Assembly (NCBI GenBank): GCA_020348445.1
Contig: CP070751.1
Span: 3,713,002-3,777,001 of the forward strand
Reading direction: 5' to 3'
DNA: 64,000 nucleotides
Source of the DNA: Thermoplasmata archaeon
GTDB taxonomy: Archaea; Thermoplasmatota; Thermoplasmata; GCA-020350865
Shown here: positions 21,685 to 29,676 of the stretch, in pieces
Position numbering within the stretch: the stretch's first letter is position 1
Layout: each line of letters opens with the position of its first letter
Notes under the pieces: generated by a model
Databases searched by the model: none
Told to the model about the DNA's origin: nothing
Seen by the model: only the letters and a program-made list of their open reading frames with translations
Translations under genes and position numbers: made by a program

Positions 21685-22004
21685 GATCACGAGCTACAGT
21701 GCGCCGAGCATAAGGGGAACGGCTTCGTTTTCGAATTTTGAAGAAATTTGAAAACTGAGATGGGCGAACGAAGCGAGCACATCGAAGGCGCAGGCAACCA
21801 AACGGTGTGGGGGGAAGAAGGTAAGAACAAAGGGCGCAGGCCTCCATGAAGCAAGGAGTAATCTGAGAGCACAGAATGGCAAAACCTTTATCCCTTTAGG
21901 AAGATAATGGTTTTAGGGATGGGGCTTAGAAATGGCATGTGAACAATAACCCAACGTCATTTCCGAGGCCTGCACCCGTTTACCAATAAAATGAGGTGAT
22001 TCTT
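21685..22004 (+). repeat. Repeat copy C (no left TIR, A-type right end)
   Basis: GCGCCGAGCATAAGGGG through GAGGCCTGCACCC and degenerate right TIR. Confidence 0.9.
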
Positions 22005-22117
22005 GGGACTAAATTCAGAATTAGTAAATTAATAGCCTTTAAGCCTATACTTTTTTTTATAGCAATTAATATATAATCATACTGTCTATCTATGAAGAGG
22101 TTAATAGGAGGATAAAA

Positions 22118-22624
22118 ATGAAAATTCCCGTGTTTGTTTCTTGTCCAACAACCTTAAATGATAATCAAGAGAGTGCAAGAAAAATTATTATTCATGAACT
22201 TGATGAATTAGGATTAGAACCCAGAGCATTGGGAAGAACGGATTATCCTGCAGATTTCCCCTTGAAGGAAGTTTTAGTTATTGCAAATCATTGTTCGGGA
22301 GGAGTTGTTTTAGGATTTGAACAATTTTCAACAGATAAGGGGATATGGAAAAGGGGGATGAAAGAAGAAAGAGTTCAGAACGATTTAATTGCATTTTCGA
22401 CTCCATGGAATCACCTTGAAGCAGGTATTATGTTTGCTTTAAGCCTTCCGCTTATTGTTTTTAAAGAAAATAGTATTTCTGGAGGAGTTTTCGATAGAGG
22501 TGTTACAGATGTATTTATCCATAAAATGCCCATGGGGGAATTATCCAAACAAAGTAAAAATGCACTAAGGGAAGTGTTTCTAAATTGGCAAAGGAAAGTA
22601 AGGGCACACTATTATGGAGATTAA
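22118..22624 (+). CDS. TIR/nucleoside-deoxyribosyltransferase (NDT)-like protein
   Basis: IPVFVSCPT; STPWNHLEAGIMFALSLPLIVF. Confidence 0.6.
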   Translation: MKIPVFVSCPTTLNDNQESARKIIIHELDELGLEPRALGRTDYPADFPLKEVLVIANHCSGGVVLGFEQFSTDKGIWKRGMKEERVQNDLIAFSTPWNHLEAGIMFALSLPLIVFKENSISGGVFDRGVTDVFIHKMPMGELSKQSKNALREVFLNWQRKVRAHYYGD

Positions 22625-22884
22625 ATAACTTATGCTATAATGGTTGTATTCTTTCTTTTGGATAATAACTTGCCTGGTTTTTTATTCCTGTTCTTTCCGG
22701 TTTTGAATTTCATGGTTTTATCGTTTGGAGCAAGTTTTTAGTGTATTACTTTCTATGGAATAGAGAGTTTTACTTGAAATATGCGATTTTTATATGAAAG
22801 ACGAAGTTGAGGAGAGGATAATGCAAAAGAAGTTTTACAATCAGAGGAATGCAACAAGACGACGGGATGTGAAGGCAAACAATA

Positions 22885-23946
22885 TTGTTAGTAAAATATA
22901 TATGGTCATTTATATGTAATGATCTTGATTATTTGGAGATGATATATATGAAACTAATTGAAATAGAGATAATGAATAAAGAAAGTATCGTTAATGTTGA
23001 AGCGGATTATATCATGTTGAAAAACGCCGAGGAAGGATTGTTTGGTCCAGAATTAAATGTTAATAAAGTTTCAGGAGGATTATTATCTCTATTAAATAAG
23101 CCAGAAGAAACAAAAATTGGAGCTGTAAATATTATAACTAATGTAAGTGGGACTTCTGCAAAAGGAGTTATTCTCATTGGTATAGGTCTAGGATTCCAGT
23201 TTCGCTATAAAGCTTTAGGTATTATGTGCAAAAAAATGATAGAAACGGTATTTAAAATATCTCCACCTGTAAAAGTTATTGCAACTGTTAATCATGGTGT
23301 AGGTTTTGGTCTTGATCGAAGAGAGGTTTTTCTTACACAATTAGTTAGTTTTAAATCCGCTCTTGAAAAAACTGATAAAACACTTGAAATTGAAAAAATA
23401 AGATTCAATGAAACAAAAGAGATGAATGTAAATTTTTTAAAAGTTTATCTTAAGGAACTTTCCGATTTAGATGAAAGCCCTATTATCAAAAAAGAAGATA
23501 AATATTTTTTACAACTAGGAAAGAGTTCAGAAATATTAACGCAATTTGTTATGAGAGTGGAAAAAGGTGATTATGTATTTGTGGCTATGCCTTTTGCAGA
23601 GGAATTTGAAAATGTTTATGATTTTGGAATAAGATTGCCAATTATTGAAAAACAATTTCAACCTATTCGAACCGATAAAAAATATTTTGTGGGTTCAGTT
23701 TTAAGAGAAATACAAAATAGAATTCAAAAGAGTATATTAGTAATAGCGGATATAAGTACTCTTAACCCAAATGTAATGTTTGAATTAGGGTATGCCCAAG
23801 GCTGTGGGAAACCAACAATAATAATATGTCGCACAGGAGAAAAACTTCCATTTAATGTTTCTGGAATGAACATAATATTTTATAATCCACATTTATTAAG
23901 AGAATTAAATGATTCTCTATTAAAAGCACTATCAGCAATAATGTAA
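22885..23946 (+). CDS. Possible macro-like N-domain fused to an NDT/TIR-like domain (probable start 22948)
   Basis: C-terminal VFVAMPF...VIADISTLNPNVMFELGYAQG.GKPTII. Confidence 0.7.
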   Translation: MLVKYIWSFICNDLDYLEMIYMKLIEIEIMNKESIVNVEADYIMLKNAEEGLFGPELNVNKVSGGLLSLLNKPEETKIGAVNIITNVSGTSAKGVILIGIGLGFQFRYKALGIMCKKMIETVFKISPPVKVIATVNHGVGFGLDRREVFLTQLVSFKSALEKTDKTLEIEKIRFNETKEMNVNFLKVYLKELSDLDESPIIKKEDKYFLQLGKSSEILTQFVMRVEKGDYVFVAMPFAEEFENVYDFGIRLPIIEKQFQPIRTDKKYFVGSVLREIQNRIQKSILVIADISTLNPNVMFELGYAQGCGKPTIIICRTGEKLPFNVSGMNIIFYNPHLLRELNDSLLKALSAIM

Positions 23947-23974
23947 AATTTAATAGAGAATAATTTTATTTTAA

Positions 23975-24330
23975 GACACTCCCCTCCTTAATAAAGAGCG
24001 CGCCGAATATAAGGGGGACGGCTTTACCACAGGCACGCAAACCGAGACCAAAGGTCGAGGAAATGTGCAGTGCGAAGCACTGTATGTGGGGAAGCCACCC
24101 TTTTTCCACCGGCGCTTTTTATAATAGGGCCGATGGGGAGGATGAAGGTAAGAGCAAAGGACGCAGGCCTCCTATAAGCAAGGAGCAATCCAAGAGTGCG
24201 GAGTGGCAAAACCTTTATCTTAGCAAGAGATAATGGTTTTAGGGGTGGGGCTTAGAAATGGCATGAGGACAATATCCCAACGCCATTTCCGAGGACTGCG
24301 TCCGTCATAAAGAAAAAGGAGGGGATTGTC
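23975..24330 (+). repeat. Repeat copy D (full length, 356 bp)
   Basis: Both TIRs; stem 24159-24171/24291-24303; GCGAAGC hairpin insert. Confidence 0.93.
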
Positions 24331-24422
24331 GATAATAAATAATTTACATGTGTAATTATATAAAAATGCTTAAATCTCATCAAATTAATATAAGATAGGA
24401 TTTTAAATTTAGGAGGAAGAAA

Positions 24423-25145
24423 ATGGCAGAGAATAATAAAACTTCAAACGGCGGGACCAGAATTGTCCTTGCATATGTGACTATTATCTTTTCGATAGCG
24501 GCTATCACTACTTTAGCTTTGATTGCTATAGTAAGTGACCAAGCGAACACCATGACCGTTTTCAACATTATGTTGCCGATGTTCGCAACCTGGGTGGGTA
24601 CCATATTGGCATTCTATTTTGGTAGGGAAAACTTTGAATCGGCAAATGAACAAGTTCAGAAAATGGTCGACCGAATTACTCCCGAGCAACGCGCAAAGGC
24701 ACCTGTCACCTCGATTATGAGGAGATTGAATATAACAACCCATTACCAGATTCCAAAAGGAAAAGACGATAAAGATGTAAAGCTCTCGGAATTGAAAGAC
24801 AAACTCATGCCTATAAATATTACTCGCCTACCTATTATCTATTCTGATAAAAAACCGAAGTATATGATCCATGAAAGTAGCATCGATAAATATATTTCCA
24901 CTGGTGGTAAGCAAGATGACACTCTTGAGAAGTTCGTTACCACACAGAAGAAAGAAGGATTTGAGTTCGGTTTGAACAAAGGCTTTATTGTGGTCTCGGA
25001 AGAAACCTCACTTTCAGTAGCAAAGCGCAAAATGGAGGAAATCCCTCCCTGTCAAGACATTTTTATCACGAAAGAAGGAAGTCCAGACGAACCACTTACG
25101 GGATGGATTTCAAATATACGAATGGGGAAATATCTCGAACCGTAA
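24423..25145 (+). CDS. Two-TM protein with CBS-like C-terminal domain
   Basis: Two hydrophobic helices, then PVTSIMRR...ITRLPII. Confidence 0.6.
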   Translation: MAENNKTSNGGTRIVLAYVTIIFSIAAITTLALIAIVSDQANTMTVFNIMLPMFATWVGTILAFYFGRENFESANEQVQKMVDRITPEQRAKAPVTSIMRRLNITTHYQIPKGKDDKDVKLSELKDKLMPINITRLPIIYSDKKPKYMIHESSIDKYISTGGKQDDTLEKFVTTQKKEGFEFGLNKGFIVVSEETSLSVAKRKMEEIPPCQDIFITKEGSPDEPLTGWISNIRMGKYLEP

Positions 25146-25188
25146 AAAAACAAAGGAAAATGAGGATAGATAAAATAAGGAAATATTT

Positions 25189-25265
25189 AGGTGACTCGGC
25201 CCAAACTCGGTGCTTCGCACCGACCCTAACGGGTATGTATAACTAAAGGTTATCTGACTCACCTT
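25189..25265. other. Isolated multi-hairpin element, not a member of the main repeat family
   Basis: TCGGTGCTTCGCACCGA and ATAAC-TAAAG-GTTAT hairpins inside AGGTGA/TCACCT. Confidence 0.5.
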
Positions 25266-25340
25266 AAACATATATTGTAAAATAGCAATTAATTTATATC
25301 CATTTATCTGATATATAAGAAACATATTAGGAGGGAAAAT

Positions 25341-25591
25341 ATGAAAATTCCTGTGTTTGTATCATGCCCAACTATGTTGAATAATAATCAAGAGAACGCA
25401 AGAGAAATAATTATTCATGAACTTGACGAATTAGGATTAGAGCCAAGGGCATTGGGTAGAACTGATTACCCAACAGATTTCCCTCTGATATCGCTGGTTA
25501 CGATAGGATTGAATATCAAAGTATAGTTGAGTTTAAAGAGTTGCTAGATTTAAAATTTAAAAAATTTGTAAAAGAATTTATAAGGGTATAG
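25341..25591 (+). pseudogene. Truncated copy of the 22118 gene joined out of frame to an NDT-like C-terminus
   Basis: About 48 codons near-identical to 22118; PSDIAGYDRIEY in another frame from 25481. Confidence 0.75.
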
Positions 25592-25699
25592 AATATTATC
25601 GGTAATTGGATTTCGGATAGCAATCATATTTCCTTGAGGTAAATTAATATGTTTATTGCAATTGCATAATCATATATTAGCCTTATCAGAGGAAGACAT

Positions 25700-26746
25700 A
25701 TGGTAAAAGATTTAAAAACTTGTTTCATATTAATGCCCTTCTCAGGTACACACTCTTGTACGGAAGATGAGTGGGAGCATATATTCAAAAACATCTTTAA
25801 ACCAACATTTTAGGAATTAGGTTATAAATGTTGGAGGTCAGAGGCTACAACTGGAAATGTATTGAAGGATATACTAAAGGATATTTTAAATTGCACAATT
25901 GTAGTACCGGATCTAACGGACCGGAATCCAAATGTCTTTTATGAATTGGGAGTACGACATTCATTGCGAAATAAAACAATAATTCTTGCCCAAAATAGAT
26001 CAGATATACCTTTTGACCTACAATCATATGCAAACCACAAATATCGGTGGAAAACGAAAAAAGACCTCGATAGTTTTAAAAAAAGAATGAAATCTTTAGT
26101 TAATTATATTGAAGCTCATCCTGATCGCCCTGATAACCCTGTGGGTGACTTTTTAGGAACAAAAGAAGGTATTGAAGATACTATTGGTTCTATATCAACG
26201 TTTATTGATCGTTTTCAAAATCAAATGAACATTTATAAAAAAGAGAGTGACATGCTAAAATCAGATATTGAAGAATTAAAAAATGTTGTATCGACAATTC
26301 CTGCTCCTAAAAAAGACCTTCAGCTTAGGCACCGGTTTGAAGGTGTGTGGTATAGTGAGGAAACGGACAACACATTAGTAATAAAAGTGGTAAACAATAA
26401 AATAAGAGGGTGCTATAATTATGGACATAATAAATTAATTGGACATTATAGAAATACTGCTATTGTAGGTGGTATTTTACGATATGAATTCGAGTGGATA
26501 GATAAGTCTTATGCCGGAAAAGGATTTGAAAAATTAAGTAAAGATGGTAAAAAAATGTCTGGTGGGTGGTGGTTTTCCTATATGAACCTCAAATATGATA
26601 TTGCTGAGAAACATTATGAATCTGTAACAACACCTGAGGATCTAATAATAACAAAAAGTGAATTTAAAAGGAGGAGAAGAAAAACTCCAAAATGGGCAGA
26701 AGTATATTTTAAAAATATTCAAAAAAGTCCATCATATTATGATTGA
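25700..26746 (+). pseudogene. NDT/TIR-like protein with coiled coil and C-terminal beta domain, interrupted by in-frame TAG at 25811-25813
   Basis: ATG 25700 gives CFILMPFS in frame with DLTDRNPNVFYELGVRH. Confidence 0.72.
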
Positions 26747-26809
26747 TAAGGAAGTCGATGATACGCTCTGATTTTCCTCTCATCTACTTATAAAGCGCAT
26801 CAATATAAA

Positions 26810-27215
26810 GACAATCCTCTCCTAATATAAAGCGTGCCGAGCATAAGGGGGACGGCTTCGTTTTCGAATTTTGAAGAAATTTGAAAACTAAGTGGGCGAG
26901 CGAAGCGAGACCACGGAGGCGCAGGCACAAGACGGTCTGGGGAGGAAGAAGGTAAGTGCAAAGGACGCAGGCCTCCGTGGAAGCTCCGGCTGAGGGAGCC
27001 CGGTTTTCCTGGGCGAACGAGGGTTGCGACGAGAGTGGGCATTTAAATCTTCAGTGATGTATAATTATGGAGCCAGGAGCAATCGGAAATGACGGTAGTG
27101 GCAAAACCTTTATCCCCGTAGAGAGATAATGGTTTTAGGGGCGAACGAGCAGGCGAATCAAACAATAGCGTAAAAAGCCAGCGCAGTGAGCGGACGGGGC
27201 TTAAAGGCGAGGGGG
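26810..27215 (+). repeat. Repeat copy F (left TIR, extra modules, B-type end)
   Basis: All central modules present; ends GGGGCTTAAAGGCGAGG. Confidence 0.92.
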
Positions 27216-27277
27216 CATGTATTTATCGAAGGAGTTTGGCCTCGGTTCTAAAGTATAAAATATGTGGAAAAACATAA

Positions 27278-27295
27278 ATATGTTAAACAACATAT
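27278..27295. promoter_or_regulatory. Palindromic operator upstream of toxin-antitoxin pair
   Basis: ATATGTT-AAAC-AACATAT. Confidence 0.55.
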
Positions 27296-27311
27296 ATAGA
27301 TTGGTGAGAAT

Positions 27312-27542
27312 ATGCCAAGTATGACGCTATCTATCCCAGAAGATCTCCACTCATTCATTAAAAGACATAATGAAATTCGCTGGAGCGAGATTGCACGGAG
27401 AGCTATGTGGGATTATGCAAAACGATTAGAGATATTGGATCGTATTGCAGAAAAAAGTAAACTTACTGAGAAAGATGTCGAAGAATTAGACAGAATGATA
27501 AAGAAAGCAGTTCACAAACATTATAGGAAGTATACCAAATGA
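27312..27542 (+). CDS. RHH/CopG-like antitoxin
   Basis: MPSMTLSIPEDL...IRWSEIARRA; overlaps toxin start. Confidence 0.8.
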   Translation: MPSMTLSIPEDLHSFIKRHNEIRWSEIARRAMWDYAKRLEILDRIAEKSKLTEKDVEELDRMIKKAVHKHYRKYTK

Positions 27543-27949
27543 GATTCGTAGTGGACACTAACATAATATTTTCTGCACTAATAAAGGATTCAATATCTAG
27601 GAAGATTTTATTATCAACAAAATTTGAGTTTTTTACACCCGAGTACATTTTTGTAGAAATCCAAAATCACTCAGATGAAATTATCAGGAGGTGTGATCTT
27701 GATACTGAGGGTTTTGAACTCATGGTAGATTCATTAATGACTGATGTCATGGTAGTCTCTATCGATGATTTTAAAAAATATATACCAAAGGCATATCATA
27801 TAATGAAAGATATTGATGAATATGATACCTCATTTTTAGCACTTGGATTAATGATAGACGGAGAAGGGATATGGAGTAATGATGCCCATTTTGACAAACA
27901 GAATGCAATTAAGGTGTGGAAAACAAAGGACATGATAAAGCTTCTTTAA
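27539..27949 (+). CDS. PIN-domain (VapC-like) toxin
   Basis: VVDTNIIFSAL...D..D..FLAL...IWSND. Confidence 0.9.
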   Translation: MRFVVDTNIIFSALIKDSISRKILLSTKFEFFTPEYIFVEIQNHSDEIIRRCDLDTEGFELMVDSLMTDVMVVSIDDFKKYIPKAYHIMKDIDEYDTSFLALGLMIDGEGIWSNDAHFDKQNAIKVWKTKDMIKLL

Positions 27950-27963
27950 ATCATTTATAATAT

Positions 27964-28103
27964 CCTGAGCAGGTAGGGGATGGCCAGCACAAGGATATAA
28001 TGGCTAGGGGAGGTATAGGAAGGGCCAAACTCCGCTTGAAATCTAGATGCACCCTCGCCTTCGATGCGTGAGCTATTTATAGCGACGCAAGCGACTGTGG
28101 AAG
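27964..28103 (+). repeat. Repeat copy G, left part (interrupted by IS110)
   Basis: CTGAGCAGGTAGGGGATGGC; GACGCAAGCGACTGTGGAAG at the junction. Confidence 0.65.
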
Positions 28104-28154
28104 ATGGTATGTTTAAATCCGCCTTCGAGATAATGTGCTCGGAGGTGCAGAAGT

Positions 28155-29138
28155 ATGCTATACGCAGGATTGGATGTACATAAAAACTTTTGTCAGGCCA
28201 TAGTAATGACAAAAGGAGGTAAAGTTGTAAAAGAAGATAAGATAGGAACGGAGCAGGAAGATATCGAAGAATTCTTTTATGGGTTGAAGAATGTAAGAAT
28301 TGCGTTTGAGGCATCGATGTATTATGAGTATGTCTACGAAATACTCAATGGATTGGGATATGAAGTATCTCTATCCCATTCATTAAAGACAAGGCTGATA
28401 GCCGAGTCAAGGATAAAGACAGATAAGATCGATGCAAAGGCACTAGCAGATTTGTTACGAGCAGATCCATTGCCAACATCTTATATCCCGCCTGAAGATA
28501 TTCGTAAAGTGAGACATTTAGTCCGTCATAGGATATTCTTAGGAAGACACCGGACCAAATTGAAGAACCATATATATTCAGAGTTGAACCATAGAAACTT
28601 GAAGTTCTGCGGTCCTGATGTGTTCACCAGGGCTGGTATGAAATGGTTGCAGGGATTAAATATCCCAGCAATTAATTCCTACTTGGTAATTTTAGATGCG
28701 GTATTAAATGAAGTAAAATCTGTAGAGTTGAAGATAAAGATTGAAGGTATGAAATATGATGAAGTAAGGTTGTTGAGCACTATACCGGGAATAGGAGTAT
28801 ATTCTGCATTGATAATCCTTTCAGAGATAGGAGACATAAATCGGTTCAGCTCTGAAGAGAAATTGTACTCCTATGCTGGAATGATACCTAGAGTCCATCA
28901 ATCTGGCGATAGTAGTTATCAAGGTAGAATCACGAAGGAGGGTTCTAAACACCTTAGATGGATCTTAGTAGAAGCACTCCGAATCCATATTCAATGTGCA
29001 CCAGATAGTAAGGTCACTCGTTATTATTATCGTCTCAAAAAGAAGAAACCAGGTAATGTTGCTACTATGGCAGGAGCAAGAAAGCTTCTTCAAGTGATTT
29101 ATCATATGTTGAAAAATCAGGATGAATATCGAGGTTAG
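28155..29138 (+). CDS. IS110-family recombinase/transposase
   Basis: DEDD motifs GLDVH, FEAS, KTDKIDA; SYAGMIPRVHQSG. Confidence 0.95.
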   Translation: MLYAGLDVHKNFCQAIVMTKGGKVVKEDKIGTEQEDIEEFFYGLKNVRIAFEASMYYEYVYEILNGLGYEVSLSHSLKTRLIAESRIKTDKIDAKALADLLRADPLPTSYIPPEDIRKVRHLVRHRIFLGRHRTKLKNHIYSELNHRNLKFCGPDVFTRAGMKWLQGLNIPAINSYLVILDAVLNEVKSVELKIKIEGMKYDEVRLLSTIPGIGVYSALIILSEIGDINRFSSEEKLYSYAGMIPRVHQSGDSSYQGRITKEGSKHLRWILVEALRIHIQCAPDSKVTRYYYRLKKKKPGNVATMAGARKLLQVIYHMLKNQDEYRG

Positions 29139-29265
29139 ATGTGCAGACCTTGAGGCGGAGCTTGCGGCATTGCGACCGCCCGTGGAAGATTAAGGTGCAC
29201 ATCTAACCAAGGACGAAGCAGCCATATTGCGGCACTATGACCGCGAATAGGAGCATGTCATAAGT
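29137..29265 (+). ncRNA. Predicted bridge/seek RNA with target- and donor-binding loops
   Basis: Two parallel units guide-GCGG-CA(N4)GA-CCGC-guide; first matches the target, second partly matches the circle junction. Confidence 0.75.
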
Positions 29266-29321
29266 GATATATACAAACGAAAATAATAAGGTATCGTAAA
29301 TTCGGGCGGATTTCACATAGA

Positions 29322-29598
29322 AGCTCCGCCCGAGAGAGTCGACGGGGCGAGCGAGGGGTTGCGACCGGCGAATATATTTGGCGACACAGGGAGCAATTCG
29401 AGTGTTCGAGGTCAGATTTTATGATCGACGCCTCGATATTCCGGACGGAGTGGCCGAAGTGGTTATATGTGATTAATGTCATAGCGGAGAGGGATACAAG
29501 CAAAGTCCCAGTTTCTGGGGCTTAGAAATGGCATGTGGACATGTCCCAACGCCATTTCCGAGGCCTACGTCCGTCTTAAAAAAAAGGAGGGGATTGTC
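29322..29598 (+). repeat. Repeat copy G, right part (A-type end)
   Basis: AGCTCCGCCCGAG...GGGGCTTAGAAATGGC...AGGAGGGGATTGTC. Confidence 0.88.
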
Positions 29599-29676
29599 AA
29601 AACGATTGAGTATTTCGATCTTAAACAAAATATAAATGATGATAGATTATATCTACTTCTTAAGAGCGTGAATTGA

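Larger units (their letters stand above)
28102..29323 (+). mobile_element. IS110-family (IS1111-type) element, 1222 bp including both AG cores
   Basis: Subterminal IRs AAATCCGCC 28115-28123 / GGCGGATTT 29305-29313; flanks rejoin as GTGGA-AG-CTCCGCC; long non-coding region downstream of the ORF. Confidence 0.88.

Noticed and set aside
23975-24330. Ordinary DDE-type MITE
   Set aside because: TIRs exist, but there is no consistent TSD, orientation is uniform and half-sites are systematic; not fully excluded without genome-wide data
29445-29470. tRNA-like GGAGTGGCCGAAGTGGTTAT
   Set aside because: No anticodon arm, T-arm or acceptor stem; it is a variant of the repeat's GGAGTGGC module
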